In this document: positions 13,929-26,116 of the stretch, one piece after another
Layout of the letters: every line of letters starts with the position of its first letter
Numbering within the stretch: the stretch's first letter is position 1
Assembly: GCA_016182915.1 (NCBI GenBank)
Contig: JACPFP010000002.1
Location: forward strand, 230,244-294,243
Source of the DNA: Candidatus Dojkabacteria bacterium
Lineage (GTDB): Bacteria; Patescibacteriota; Dojkabacteria; SC72
Length of the DNA stretch: 64,000 nt
Direction of reading: 5' to 3'
Translations under genes and position numbers: made by a program
Notes under the pieces: model-generated
What the model saw: the letters and a program-made list of their open reading frames with translations, nothing else
What the model was told of the DNA's origin: nothing
Databases searched by the model: none

Positions 13929-14005
13929 TGGTGGGCGTACCAAGAATCGAACTTGGGACCTCAGTCTTATCAGGACTGCGCTCTAACCGACTGAGCTATA
14001 CGCCC
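13929..14005 (-). tRNA. tRNA-Ile (anticodon GAU), CCA encoded
   Basis: The reverse complement GGGCGTATAGCTCAGTCGGTTAGAGCGCAGTCCTGATAAGACTG...TTCGATTC...CGCCCACCA is a canonical spacer tRNA-Ile. Confidence 0.85.
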
Positions 14006-14109
14006 TTATACTCGGGCGCCAGGTCTGAGCACGATCGCCCATTCACCAAAAATTAAAGAGCGTTTTCTCATTGAAAACTAAAAAGTGGCAGGAAGTTTGG
14101 GTTCTCCTT

Positions 14110-15657
<1,548 letters not shown>

Positions 15658-16030
15658 TTTTGCTACTAAAAGACACTGCTGCCTTTTAACTATCTTCGCA
15701 ACTTGATAGATTTTATGAATTGTTGGACTATTGCACTTTGCATATTATGCACAAAAAACAAGAAGTCCAAGTTTATTACTTACTTTGACTTCCTGCCACT
15801 CTTTAATTTTCAACGAGCAAGACAAGTTGAACTCGCTAACAAACCTTTTTACATATATTTACAAATCTTTTGCTGGAATTCATTAGAGATATCTCTAAGA
15901 GGAATCCGATCCACAAACTTTCCCGAACTTGTGTAAGGCGATTATATAAGATGGGAACAGGAAATGCAAGACCTTTTGGCATAAAAATATCGAGAATATG
16001 GGCATATATAAAAGTGAACCTAAAAACGGC

Positions 16031-17821
16031 CTATTGACGGCCTTTTACCATACTATAAAGTTCATCTACGGTTGTAACATCTTCAGGATTTTTATCCCGA
16101 TCGAACTCAATTAACCTCGGAAATCTTAGAGACAACCCTCTTGCAACTGCCTCTCCAGACCTATTTATACTAATTTCGTCTGCGTCGACTGTAATTACAA
16201 CCTTTGGGATGGTATACACGTCCGGCTTAAGGATATCCTCAACTACTACACCCTTCGGACACTCATTACTCTTAAATGTATCAAGCCTTTCCTTTATAGT
16301 TCCAAATTGCACATCAGTAATTCCAGTCCCAACCTTAGTTACAGACTCAAATCTTTCAAGCTCTGGATTATATACCCCCCCGAGTATCGCCCCAATCCCA
16401 AATTTAGATCTCTTCCCTGAACCGTAGTAATATCCTAAAACAACTAGATCTACAGTATCAATCATTGATGAATCTACACTCTTTTTGACCTTAATCCATT
16501 CAAAATTTCGAACTCCAGGTGAGTAGCTACCATCAAGATCTTTAATAATAATACCCTCAAGGCCCATATCCACGTACTTATTGAATATCGGCCTAACCTC
16601 TTCAGTCTTAGAGAGGAAATCACATGGGGAAAGCTGTAAGCCATCATTAAAACCTTTAGACAGGGTGATGAGGGCTTCAAACCTATCCCTTGTCGCAACC
16701 TCAAGCAACGATCTATCATTAAGATGCATAATATCGAAGATAAAGGCATTAACAGGAACGATCTCCTTCCTCTCCTCCACTCCATACTTCCTTCTTCTTG
16801 TCATTGTATCCTGATACGACAAAAACCTCTTTGCTTCTGCATTAAAACCAACTATTTCAGAGTCCAAAATGAACGAATCCTCCTTTATCTTACTTGCTGC
16901 CATTACAATCTCAGGGAACATATCCGTAATATCTTCAAGGTTCCTTGTAAAGAGCCTTATCTCAGACTGCGACTCTGTGTTAAACATATCCATATTACTT
17001 TCAACCCTCTTCCTTCCATACCATATCCTCTGAGCCACTCCTTTATGCTGATTCGAAATTTTATGAATCTGGCATCGAAGTCCATCATACTTTGGCTGAA
17101 CGAGGAAGGAACCTTTGAACCTTGTACTAAGTTCATCAAAGTTTTTAACCCGTTCAACTAATCTAGACATTATTGGAACCCCTGGTAATGGGCGTACACT
17201 TTTTATAGACGTTTGCGCATCTTTACCCTTAATCAAACTCCCTATGTACCCAACATCTGCAGAGGAACCATATGCTCTATCAAGCTCGCTTCTAAAGCCT
17301 TTTCCGCCCAAAATATAGGTAGAGAAGGCATCTAAAAGAGTCCTAGTACTACATCCCAGTCTTAAACTTCCAAGAATTATTCGTGTAAAGTACTTGGCTT
17401 CAACGGGTGAAAGCCTCTTTATAGTACTTAGAAAAAGAGCAGATTTAAGTTCTACAGAGCCCTTTCCTTGAGCATTAACAAATTCCCAGAGGATTGAATA
17501 TACCTCTTGTAGGGACAGCTTATCTGTTTTTTCTGTAACAAGTTTCTCAACAACAAGACCAAGATCACCTGAGACACTTCGCTGAGAAAGAACTTCTTCA
17601 CCGTAAACAGCTTTAAGACTGTTAAGAAGGCCTTTCTCAGAGAGGTTGAATTCTGCCGGTACAAACATAGGAGCAACTCTCCCCTGCACAAGATACGAGA
17701 ATATCTGTAGATCTATTGCATCTAAAAGCTTAATAGCTTCAACAAGAAGTGCGGACATCTCATTTCTTGAGGATGTAGTCTCTAAATTTTGAAATATTTT
17801 AGATACTTCTAAAAATGTCAT
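16031..17821 (-). CDS. ATP-dependent DNA ligase (archaeal/eukaryotic Lig-type) with an N-terminal DNA-binding domain
   Basis: Adenylation motif I KYDGLR (the lysine in PKYDGLRCQI), 596 aa, and a C-terminal OB-fold region. Overlaps the upstream small gene by 4 nt (operon). Confidence 0.8.
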   Translation of the reverse strand: MTFLEVSKIFQNLETTSSRNEMSALLVEAIKLLDAIDLQIFSYLVQGRVAPMFVPAEFNLSEKGLLNSLKAVYGEEVLSQRSVSGDLGLVVEKLVTEKTDKLSLQEVYSILWEFVNAQGKGSVELKSALFLSTIKRLSPVEAKYFTRIILGSLRLGCSTRTLLDAFSTYILGGKGFRSELDRAYGSSADVGYIGSLIKGKDAQTSIKSVRPLPGVPIMSRLVERVKNFDELSTRFKGSFLVQPKYDGLRCQIHKISNQHKGVAQRIWYGRKRVESNMDMFNTESQSEIRLFTRNLEDITDMFPEIVMAASKIKEDSFILDSEIVGFNAEAKRFLSYQDTMTRRRKYGVEERKEIVPVNAFIFDIMHLNDRSLLEVATRDRFEALITLSKGFNDGLQLSPCDFLSKTEEVRPIFNKYVDMGLEGIIIKDLDGSYSPGVRNFEWIKVKKSVDSSMIDTVDLVVLGYYYGSGKRSKFGIGAILGGVYNPELERFESVTKVGTGITDVQFGTIKERLDTFKSNECPKGVVVEDILKPDVYTIPKVVITVDADEISINRSGEAVARGLSLRFPRLIEFDRDKNPEDVTTVDELYSMVKGRQ

Positions 17822-18207
17822 TTCTTTGAATAGTATTTAGAAGATTTTGTACTACCTGACTTAGATATAAGTCCTAGAGAGATCATATGGTTTAAGTCGC
17901 GTCTTAAGGTACGATCTGTAGTGTTTCTAACAACTTTCAGCATATCAGTTGTTGTTATACCATCACCTTTAGTTATTAGGGAGAGAATCTTACTCTGGCG
18001 CCCGTTTAGATCTTTATTTCCCTTCACTACATCCTTTTTAACCGTTTTTCTCTTAACGAGCTTCGTAACAACCTTTGGCATATCCTCTTCGAGCTCAGGC
18101 TCTACCTCCCCCCTCTTCTTCCTGTTGGAAAGGTATAGGTATAGACCGACACCAAGTAGTCCAAGAACAAGTAATCCATTACCACCTGACTCCTTCTTCT
18201 TCTCCAT
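17818..18207 (-). CDS. small membrane-anchored winged-helix (DeoR-like HTH) protein
   Basis: N-terminal TM segment (LLVLGLLGVGLYLYL), a K-rich linker, then the HTH-like GRQSKILSLITKGDGITTTDMLKVVRNTTDRTLRRDLNHMISLGLI. Translationally coupled between polA and the ligase. Confidence 0.4.
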   Translation of the reverse strand: MEKKKESGGNGLLVLGLLGVGLYLYLSNRKKRGEVEPELEEDMPKVVTKLVKRKTVKKDVVKGNKDLNGRQSKILSLITKGDGITTTDMLKVVRNTTDRTLRRDLNHMISLGLISKSGSTKSSKYYSKK

Positions 18208-18208
18208 C

Positions 18209-20896
18209 CTATTTCAACATACTAATATTATTACCTTCAGAGATATGTACGTCTAAAGGCACACTTAATTGTACAGCATTAACCATTATATCTCTAACTT
18301 CATCGGCAAACTTCTTTGATAAATCGGCACTAACTTCAAATATGAACTCATCGTGAACCTGCAAAAGTAGATAGGCCTTCTCTAAGTACTTCTCCTCTAT
18401 AAGTTTGTCGATTTTAATCATAGCAATCTTCATAATATCTGCCTCACCACCCTGAATTGGCATATTAACAGCCTCCCTTAAAGCTGCATTTCTGACATTG
18501 AAATTGCGAGATGTTAATCCCCCTATGAACCGAGTTCTTCCAAACATTGACTGAACATAACCATACATTGCCGCATTAGCAGAAGCCACGTCAATATATT
18601 TTTTCACACCACTATATGTCTCAAAGTATTCAACAATATATTTCTGAGCTATATCCCTATCTACATTCATCATACTGGAGAGGCCAAACTGAGTCTGACC
18701 GAAAAGGATAGCGAAATTAATAGTTTTCCCAAGACTTCTCTCCTGAGATGTAACATCCTTCTCCTCTTTTTTAAGTATCCTTGCCGCAGTGGATCTATGA
18801 ATATCTCTATCCTTTCTAAAGTCCTCCATTAGCACCTTGTCTTGGGATATATCTGCCATAACCCTGAATTCAATCTGGGAGTAGTCTGCGCCTACAAAGA
18901 TAAATCCTTTACGCGGGATAAAGGCCTTACGAATAGCCTCTCCCCACTCTCCTCTAACTGGAATATTTTGCATATTAGGATTGACAGAGGCAAAACGGCC
19001 GGAAGATGCCCCCATCTGCTTAAAATCGGTATGAATCTCATCAACCCCATTACTCTTAACCAACTCCAAATATGGCAATACATAAGTATTCAGCACCTTT
19101 GAGAGTTCCCTATACTTGAGAATCTTCTCTATCGCAGGATGCGCATCTTTCATCTGCAAAAGCACCTCTTCTTTTGTTGAGCGTGACCTACGTTTTCCTA
19201 AAGTATCGGGAATTCCCAATTCGTTATATATAACGCCCGAAAGCTGTTTAGGTGAGTTCAGGTTTACCTCATGCCCAATATCTTTATATATATCTTCTCT
19301 AACATCATTAATTAACTCCTTTATCTTCTCACTCAAATCCGACAATTCCTCTCTATCGACCGCAATACCTCTTTTTTCCATTTTAGAAAGGATTACAGAT
19401 ACAGGCATTTCGATATTTCTAATTACATCATATACATCATTCACCTTAACTTTTAATGATTTTGAGGCCTTTTCTAATGACCCAACAACATATTTAGACA
19501 GCTCAATCTCCCCAACTTTCTTCTTAATGGCAGGAACGAGATTAAGAAGTGCTTCACCAATCCTTCCATAATCCAAAGGCGAAGATTTAAATGAAAGGTA
19601 GTCAAAAAGGACGGTCTCTAATGAATAGTCTTTACTTCCAGAGGATGTATTGTATGAAAGAAGCTGTAAATCAACAAAATTCAGTTCATGAAGTTTTTCA
19701 ATAAGTTTTACTCCTAATTGTGAAACCCCTTCCTCCCACCCCCAGAAATAGGTTTCACAGGCACCTATCCTATCTACACTAGTTGCGAGGAAGTTATCCA
19801 CAAAAATCTTGTTCACAAAAAGTTCTCCAGAGTTATCCACAACCGAAACTAGGAGGTATTCCTTATCGATAGGCAACAGTACCAGTCGAATTGCCTTTTC
19901 TAGCAACTTTTCTAATGATTCGATCTCCCTCACTACCCTTCCCGCCTCTACTTCCTTTGTACTATTGAACATATCTAACTGAGGCTCGAAAGTTTCTAGT
20001 CCATTTATAGACTTTGGTATCTTAGCGATGAGAGACCTAAATTCAAACTTTCTGAAAACGTCCAGAAGCTCCTGCTCATTAAAATCAAGCAATAGGCAGT
20101 CTTCTAATTGAAGAGAAATATCGACATCCCTTTTGATTGTGGCAAGGTCCTTGCTGAAGTATGCCTGCTCTACACCCTCTGTTAGTTTCTTCTGATATCT
20201 AGGCTCAACCTCATTAATATTTTTATAGAGGTTATCTAAAGAACCATATTTCATAAGCAGGCCAAGAGCCGTTTTATCCCCCACTCCCTTCACTCCAGGG
20301 ATATTGTCTGAAGCATCCCCTACAATAGCTTTATAATCCGTCACCTGCTCGGGATAGTATCCGTAGCGTTCTACAACTTTCTCCCTATCATGCACAATAA
20401 TGTTGCCAAAGGAGCTCCCAGGAAGGCATACATATATATTCTTATCTACTAGCTGCAATAGATCCCTATCCCCGGTTATGATATACATATCCAAGTTAGC
20501 TGATGCCCACCTTCCACCATTCACCCAAGCACTCAGTGTCCCAAGAAGATCATCTGCTTCAAAACCGTCTCGTTCTATATATGGGATATTAAAAGCATTT
20601 AAGACCTCTTTAACAAGCGGAAATTGAGCATTCAAGGACTCATCCGTTGGCTTACGATGTGCTTTATAATCTGTGAACTGTGTGTGCCGAAAGGTCTTCG
20701 CACCTGTATCAAATGTACATACTACATATTTAGGATCAAACTGCTTAAGAGCCTGCAGAAGCATCGTTGTGAAGCCATATACCGCGTTGTCTTGAATTCC
20801 AGATGTAGTTGTAAGGGAGGAAGGGTATGCGTGGAACGCTCTATGAACTATAGCATTACCATCAATTGCGATTAGTAGGTCTTTTTTATCAGTCAT
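18209..20896 (-). CDS. polA: DNA polymerase I
   Basis: 895 aa. N-terminal 5'-3' exonuclease/FEN domain, a central domain, and C-terminal polymerase family A motifs (DYSQIEFRV, motif A; QVHDEF, motif C). Confidence 0.9.
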   Translation of the reverse strand: MTDKKDLLIAIDGNAIVHRAFHAYPSSLTTTSGIQDNAVYGFTTMLLQALKQFDPKYVVCTFDTGAKTFRHTQFTDYKAHRKPTDESLNAQFPLVKEVLNAFNIPYIERDGFEADDLLGTLSAWVNGGRWASANLDMYIITGDRDLLQLVDKNIYVCLPGSSFGNIIVHDREKVVERYGYYPEQVTDYKAIVGDASDNIPGVKGVGDKTALGLLMKYGSLDNLYKNINEVEPRYQKKLTEGVEQAYFSKDLATIKRDVDISLQLEDCLLLDFNEQELLDVFRKFEFRSLIAKIPKSINGLETFEPQLDMFNSTKEVEAGRVVREIESLEKLLEKAIRLVLLPIDKEYLLVSVVDNSGELFVNKIFVDNFLATSVDRIGACETYFWGWEEGVSQLGVKLIEKLHELNFVDLQLLSYNTSSGSKDYSLETVLFDYLSFKSSPLDYGRIGEALLNLVPAIKKKVGEIELSKYVVGSLEKASKSLKVKVNDVYDVIRNIEMPVSVILSKMEKRGIAVDREELSDLSEKIKELINDVREDIYKDIGHEVNLNSPKQLSGVIYNELGIPDTLGKRRSRSTKEEVLLQMKDAHPAIEKILKYRELSKVLNTYVLPYLELVKSNGVDEIHTDFKQMGASSGRFASVNPNMQNIPVRGEWGEAIRKAFIPRKGFIFVGADYSQIEFRVMADISQDKVLMEDFRKDRDIHRSTAARILKKEEKDVTSQERSLGKTINFAILFGQTQFGLSSMMNVDRDIAQKYIVEYFETYSGVKKYIDVASANAAMYGYVQSMFGRTRFIGGLTSRNFNVRNAALREAVNMPIQGGEADIMKIAMIKIDKLIEEKYLEKAYLLLQVHDEFIFEVSADLSKKFADEVRDIMVNAVQLSVPLDVHISEGNNISMLK

Positions 20897-20941
20897 GCCC
20901 TATTATATCCTAAAGTGCAGACTAATTACCAAGAGAATCTT

Positions 20942-22819
20942 CTATTCAAAAATAGCATTAAACTCATCTTTTCCTACCTCTTCCTGTGCTAGCAGCATAG
21001 TTACAAGCTTCTCAACCTTATCTTTATTATCTTTAAGAATCTTACGGGCAGAAGCCATAGCGTTTTCCATAATCCCCTTTATTTCAGCATCTATCAATTC
21101 TGAGGTTTTTTCACTGTAGTCTCTACCCCCACCATATGAATAACCAAGATGAGTTGTTTCCTCTGCATCCCCATACTGTACAAACCCTAGTTTATCGCTC
21201 ATCCCCCACTGTCTAACCATCATTTTTGCAATTCTTGTCGCAGACTTTATATCCCCAGATGCCCCGGAGCTAATATCCCCAACAAACAACTCCTCAGCAA
21301 TACGACCTCCAACAGCAGTCTGAATACTTGCAAGAAGTTTACCTTTTGTTTCAAGGCTTCTATCATCTTCAGGAATAAATACAGTAACACCACCAGAACC
21401 GCCCCTAGAAACCATAGATACCAATTCTACAGGCGAAGAATCTTTTGTAAATTTGGCCACTACTGCGTGCCCCGCCTCATGGTATGCAACTACTTTCAAG
21501 TCCTCATCAACCCTCTTTCCTTTCTTCTGTCTACCAAACCCAACCTTCAAATATGACTGCATTAGATCGTCCTGAGATATTACCTTACGTCCTGAAACGG
21601 CAGCCATAATAGCGGCTTCATTTAGAACGTTCTCAAGGTCAGCCCCAGAATATCCGATTGTTTTCTTTGAGAGAGTTTCTAATTTAACATCATCACCAAA
21701 CTTTTTCCCCTTAGCATGAACTTTCAGTATAGCCAATCTCTCATTGTAGTCTGGAAGATATAGCGTTACAGTACGGTCAAATCTTCCAGGCCTTAGAATT
21801 GCAGGATCAAGTACATCAGGCCTGTTTGTAGCGGCAATAACTATAACATTCTCTCTCTCTTCTAAGCCATCCATCTCAACAAGAATCTGGTTAAGGGTCT
21901 GCTCACCAGCACCAGAGTGAAGAACGGTACCTCTCTTCTTTGCAACAGCATCTATCTCATCTATAAAAATGATGGAAGGCGAAGACCTTTTTGCCTTTAA
22001 GAAAAGGTCTCTAACTCTAGAAGCACCTGCTCCAACAAGCATCTCTTCAAATTCCGATCCAGAGGTATGAAAGAATGGTACCCCAGCTTCCCCAGCAACA
22101 GCCTTCGCAAGAAGTGTTTTACCAGTTCCAGGCGCTCCCGCAAGAAGAACTCCTCTAGGAATTCTAGCGCCTATTTCAGTATATTTCTTAGGATTCTTTA
22201 GGAAGTCTACAATCTCTATTAACTCCTCTTTAACCTCTTCAATCCCTGCAACACTATCAAATGTAATCCCGGTCTTCTTACCAAAAAGCATTCTCGCCTT
22301 ACTCTGACCAAAATCCATTAATCTACCACCTTGGGAGTTCATACCCTTGATAAGGTTGTACATAAGGACAAGACCAAGGGCGAGAAGTACTAGCCAAACA
22401 ATATCTGTAATTGAAATACCAACTGCTGGCTGGTAGAAATCATTCTTTAAAGATTTAATATCAACTCCTGCATCAGAAAGCGTTGAGTAGAAGTCAGTTC
22501 CTGGAGGAACGAGGGCAAACTTCCTGCTTAATGACCTTACCTCTTTGCCATCTACCTTCTCTGTTTTCTGTTGTTCAATTATTACAATATTATCTTTAAG
22601 GATTAATTTTTTATACTCCCCTTTAGAAATACTATTCACAACATTACTTAGAGAGACCTCTCTACCCTTAGTTTGAGCATTAAGAAGGAAACTCCAGGCA
22701 GAAAATAGGACAATGGTAAGGAGAATACTCCCTACTATCCCCCACATATTTACCTTAACAATCTTTGTTGGAAGTTTTCTTATATCAGCTCTTTTCTCCA
22801 CATTTTCATTTGCACCCAT
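20942..22819 (-). CDS. ftsH: ATP-dependent zinc metalloprotease FtsH
   Basis: N-terminal TM helices, AAA module ([13 protein letters not shown]), and M41 peptidase HEAGHAVV. Confidence 0.9.
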   Translation of the reverse strand: MGANENVEKRADIRKLPTKIVKVNMWGIVGSILLTIVLFSAWSFLLNAQTKGREVSLSNVVNSISKGEYKKLILKDNIVIIEQQKTEKVDGKEVRSLSRKFALVPPGTDFYSTLSDAGVDIKSLKNDFYQPAVGISITDIVWLVLLALGLVLMYNLIKGMNSQGGRLMDFGQSKARMLFGKKTGITFDSVAGIEEVKEELIEIVDFLKNPKKYTEIGARIPRGVLLAGAPGTGKTLLAKAVAGEAGVPFFHTSGSEFEEMLVGAGASRVRDLFLKAKRSSPSIIFIDEIDAVAKKRGTVLHSGAGEQTLNQILVEMDGLEERENVIVIAATNRPDVLDPAILRPGRFDRTVTLYLPDYNERLAILKVHAKGKKFGDDVKLETLSKKTIGYSGADLENVLNEAAIMAAVSGRKVISQDDLMQSYLKVGFGRQKKGKRVDEDLKVVAYHEAGHAVVAKFTKDSSPVELVSMVSRGGSGGVTVFIPEDDRSLETKGKLLASIQTAVGGRIAEELFVGDISSGASGDIKSATRIAKMMVRQWGMSDKLGFVQYGDAEETTHLGYSYGGGRDYSEKTSELIDAEIKGIMENAMASARKILKDNKDKVEKLVTMLLAQEEVGKDEFNAIFE

Positions 22820-22859
22820 TTGAATATTTCTTAACCTAAATTTAATAGTTTCTTTAATA

Positions 22860-22933
22860 TGGTGACGACTGGAATCGAACCAGTGACCTTGGGTTTATGA
22901 ATCCCATGCTCTAACCGACTGAGCTACGTCACC
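22860..22933 (-). tRNA. tRNA-Met (elongator, anticodon CAU), no encoded CCA
   Basis: The reverse complement GGTGACGTAGCTCAGTCGGTTAGAGCA...TTCATAA loop...GGTTCGATTCC...GTCACCA has a G1-C72 pair and resembles elongator Met rather than initiator. Confidence 0.7.
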
Positions 22934-22992
22934 ACATATAACCTAAATACCACATAATTATACATTAGGAGAAGAGAGAATCAAAATAATCC

Positions 22993-23556
22993 TTAGTTTG
23001 AAACTCTTCCTGTGTACGTACCAGTATCAGTATTGATAATCACCACATCACCCTGTTTAACAAACATAGGTACATTTACTTTATACCCTGTCTCTAAAAC
23101 AACCTCTTTAAGAGCATTTGTTGCTGTATTTCCTTTAACCGCATCACTAGCTTCTATGACAGTTAACTCAACAGATCCTTTTCTTCTTATATCAATAACT
23201 TTTCCATCAACAAGAAGTACGAGAGTCTTCTCCCCTTCTTTTAAATACTGCTTGTAGTCAGATATCGCCGTAATTGGAACCTCAACCGTTTCAAAGGAGG
23301 TTGTATCCATGAAATAGGCATTTATATTATCCGCATATAGATATTGAACCTCTTTCGTCTCCGTTTCCACCTCTTCTACCCTAGTTCCAGATTTAACAGT
23401 GATCTCCTGGTTATTCCCAGACTCTACACCTTTGAGTTTCAAAATAATGAGACCACCCTGTCTTCCCTGGGTTTTAAGCTGCCTATCTAAAACAAAATAT
23501 ATTTTACCGTCAATTCTAAGATATGAGTTTTTTCTTGGCGAATCTGTTAGTGCCAT
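22993..23556 (-). CDS. efp: translation elongation factor P
   Basis: MALTD...YLRIDGKIYFV...KLKGVESG...QYLY...FMD..TFE and a C-terminal VNVPMFVKQGDVVIINTDTGTYTGR. The track ORF start at 23613 would overlap tRNA-fMet, so I chose the internal Met at 23556. Confidence 0.8.
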   Translation of the reverse strand: MALTDSPRKNSYLRIDGKIYFVLDRQLKTQGRQGGLIILKLKGVESGNNQEITVKSGTRVEEVETETKEVQYLYADNINAYFMDTTSFETVEVPITAISDYKQYLKEGEKTLVLLVDGKVIDIRRKGSVELTVIEASDAVKGNTATNALKEVVLETGYKVNVPMFVKQGDVVIINTDTGTYTGRVSN

Positions 23557-23586
23557 AAAATAGTTAAACAAAAAGTTAATGAGATT

Positions 23587-23661
23587 TGGTTGCGGGGGTT
23601 GGACTCGAACCAACGGCCTTCAGGTTATGAGCCTGACGAGCTGCCTCTGCTCTACCCCGCG
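23587..23661 (-). tRNA. initiator tRNA-fMet (anticodon CAU)
   Basis: The reverse complement CGCGGGGTAGAGCAG...TCAGGCTCATAACCTGA...GGTTCGAGTCCAACCCCCGCAACCA shows a C1xA72 mismatch and an anticodon stem close to E. coli tRNA-fMet. End coordinates are accurate to about +/-2 nt. Confidence 0.75.
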
Positions 23662-23731
23662 TTAGCAAAGGCCATTATAGACGAAGGGAGGCAGAAAATC
23701 AATCTACATAACTTGATTATGGGAACTTAGA

Positions 23732-24184
23732 CTAGTTATATCCCGTTAGGAATTTAGCCCACTGAACATAGACTGGATCAGGAGTCTCACTCTCCTTTGT
23801 TGCCAGTATCCTATCTACTTCTTCGCTTCCAATACTAATAGACTCGTCAGGGATTACAAATACCGTTTCATCCTTCTTTGCTAGGTTTAACCTATCTCTA
23901 GACTCCGTTTCAATATAGTCTGCTGTCTCGACCTCTTCTCTGCTAAGGATTAGGGAGATATTCTTCAACCTTAATCCGTCAACCTCTACCTCTGCCTGTT
24001 TTAAAATAGCAATTTTCTTTACAGTTAGGTCTGCAGATTTAGCAATGTTATACATAAGAAAGAGAGAAAGAACTAGAAGTAAAGCATTACCTATTTTAAT
24101 AAAGAAAGACCTTCTCCCTTGCCCATCAATATCTTTAGGCTTATTCAACACTTTAAAAAGAATCTTTTTGCTATTATCATCCAT
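23732..24184 (-). CDS. small bitopic membrane protein, possibly FtsL/DivIC/FtsB-like
   Basis: One TM helix (ALLLVLSLFLMYNI) followed by a short coiled-coil-like region and an acidic tail. The assignment rests on architecture only. Confidence 0.3.
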   Translation of the reverse strand: MDDNSKKILFKVLNKPKDIDGQGRRSFFIKIGNALLLVLSLFLMYNIAKSADLTVKKIAILKQAEVEVDGLRLKNISLILSREEVETADYIETESRDRLNLAKKDETVFVIPDESISIGSEEVDRILATKESETPDPVYVQWAKFLTGYN

Positions 24185-24310
24185 ATATTTAGCTTATCAA
24201 ACTCAAAATATTTATCAACCCCTTGATAGACATTATTGACCCCTATATGAGCCAGTGTTATAATCCCTATAGTAGTGCCCCAAAGGATACGTAAATTTAG
24301 AGACACACGA

Positions 24311-25201
24311 ATGAATGCAGTCAAAAACAATGAATTCTCACAGCTTCACAAAGCCTTCACAGACGAATTAAGACAGAAGAGCAGATCTGAATCTACAGTC
24401 ATAGCATATGCTAAAGACATAGAACAACTTCTCAACTTCTTTACATCTAGAGGTTTAGATTCTATTAAGAAGTCTGGTATTGAGGACTTAGAGTCATATA
24501 AAGCGTATCTACAAGGCAATAACTACACTCCTAAGAGTATCTCAAGAAAGATAAACAGTACAAGAACATTCTTTAGATTCCTTCTAGAATCAAGCATTAT
24601 TCAGGAGAACCCTTCAGACAAACTCTCACACCCTAAGTTTGAAATAAAACCACCTAGAGTTCTAACAGAGATGGAATATAGAGCGCTTAGAGATGTAAGT
24701 AGGGTTGATATAAGACTATATTCAATCATTGAACTCCTTTTACAGACAGGAATTAGAATCGGTGAGTTAGCGGCTTTAACTCTAGAAGATGTAAGAACCT
24801 CAGCAGATAGCAAGATTCCATACCTATACATTAAAGCTGCAGGGAGCCACCCAGCAAGAAAAGTTCCTCTAAATAAGTCCGCAGCAGCAGCAATAGAAGA
24901 ATATAAGAGGATTAGACCAGAAAGTGAAGACGAGACCCTATTTATAACCAAAAATGGTAGACCTCTTCTTGTTAGAAACATTAGAACAACAATAGATAAG
25001 GCATTTGAGAAGTCAGGAATTAAGAATGCGAAGGTAAATGACCTAAGAAATACATTTATTGCTCATCATCTAGCTAACGGAGTATCACTTGTAACCGTTT
25101 CTAAGCTCGTTGGACACAAGAGACTCTCTACAACAGAGAAATACCTAAATCTTCTTAATAATAAGCAGGAAGACCAGGAAAAGGACCTCAAGGAGCTTTA
25201 G
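24311..25201 (+). CDS. tyrosine site-specific recombinase, XerC/XerD-like (alternative start at 24275)
   Basis: N-terminal SAM-like core-binding domain and a C-terminal catalytic domain with conserved R...H..R and LGH...T.KYL (catalytic Tyr context). Confidence 0.75.
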   Translation: MNAVKNNEFSQLHKAFTDELRQKSRSESTVIAYAKDIEQLLNFFTSRGLDSIKKSGIEDLESYKAYLQGNNYTPKSISRKINSTRTFFRFLLESSIIQENPSDKLSHPKFEIKPPRVLTEMEYRALRDVSRVDIRLYSIIELLLQTGIRIGELAALTLEDVRTSADSKIPYLYIKAAGSHPARKVPLNKSAAAAIEEYKRIRPESEDETLFITKNGRPLLVRNIRTTIDKAFEKSGIKNAKVNDLRNTFIAHHLANGVSLVTVSKLVGHKRLSTTEKYLNLLNNKQEDQEKDLKEL

Positions 25202-26106
25202 TATTGGTATATAATTAGAGTCTTCTCTTTATCAACCCAATTTTCACCTTTAAACCTCTCTCTAACTTTTACGTTCATCTCATGTGAGAAATCAAATGTG
25301 GGTTTATAGTTATCCAACATCCATTTAGTAATTTCATCATTATCAAGGATTGGGATCATTCCATCCGTAAATAAGAGGATTCGATCCCCTGCCTCCAGAT
25401 CGACGACATGACTTTGAAAGAACTGTGTTGCCCTCTTATCACCATTAAAAATGCCAAATCCCACTTTATTTCCGGCTTCATCTTTCACATTAGGATTATT
25501 TCTTAAGACTGTACACCAGTAAATCTCCCAGTCGTGTTCAGTAATCACTTTTTTTCTTATATCATCAGGTATCTGAGCTAGGAAGATATCCTTTCCAATA
25601 AGGGTATTAGCATGCTTAAGAGCCTTCATAATCTGATACTTCATGGGATTTACTTGTTCTAACGATCCCTTGCGTAAAACATTTACATAGCAATCTTCTA
25701 ACCCACCATAGTACAATTTACCTTCAAAAATAAAGGCTCCAAATCCTACTGTTTCAGGAGTGTCGTAATTTAGGGGGTCGACAGGGTCCCTATCAAGTTT
25801 ACCGTTGAAACTGGCAATATCCTGATTTATCTTCTCAAGTATCTCGTTTACAGTTCCCTCTCCCACCTTTTTCTCAAAAATATACTCTTTAGCGTACTTA
25901 ATAAAGCCAGCACAGAATATCTCTGCCACCTCACTCTCATAGTCTTCAAAAGGAAATGTTCTTACCGCTCTAGTATGCCCTCTTAACACACCATCTGCCA
26001 CGGCAAAGATATGTAAGTCACTGTCAATGGCCCATGCGTCCCCGCTTGGAAGAAAAGATGCTTCATTTGAGGGGTTATCATGATATACAAAAATTCCTTT
26101 ATTCAT
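25198..26106 (-). CDS. PP2C/SpoIIE-like protein phosphatase (tentative)
   Basis: The motifs FAVADGV and RILLFTDGMIP resemble PP2C metal-binding motifs (xxDGHGG and xxSDGL). Confidence 0.4.
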   Translation of the reverse strand: MNKGIFVYHDNPSNEASFLPSGDAWAIDSDLHIFAVADGVLRGHTRAVRTFPFEDYESEVAEIFCAGFIKYAKEYIFEKKVGEGTVNEILEKINQDIASFNGKLDRDPVDPLNYDTPETVGFGAFIFEGKLYYGGLEDCYVNVLRKGSLEQVNPMKYQIMKALKHANTLIGKDIFLAQIPDDIRKKVITEHDWEIYWCTVLRNNPNVKDEAGNKVGFGIFNGDKRATQFFQSHVVDLEAGDRILLFTDGMIPILDNDEITKWMLDNYKPTFDFSHEMNVKVRERFKGENWVDKEKTLIIYQY

Positions 26107-26116
26107 TGTCTATGTT

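Noticed and set aside
15660-16030. ORF 15703..15936 (+) between the 16S 5' end and the ligase gene
   Set aside because: This region is the expected rRNA promoter/leader and ligase terminator (GGCC-N7-GGCC plus T5 on the minus strand). The ORF is AT-rich with no coding signal.
22860-22933. tRNA(CAU) at 22860..22933 as a lysidine-type tRNA-Ile2
   Set aside because: The acceptor/D-arm sequence (ACGTAGCTCAG...GGTCAC.GGTTCGA) matches elongator tRNA-Met much better. A separate tRNA-Ile(UAU) already covers AUA.
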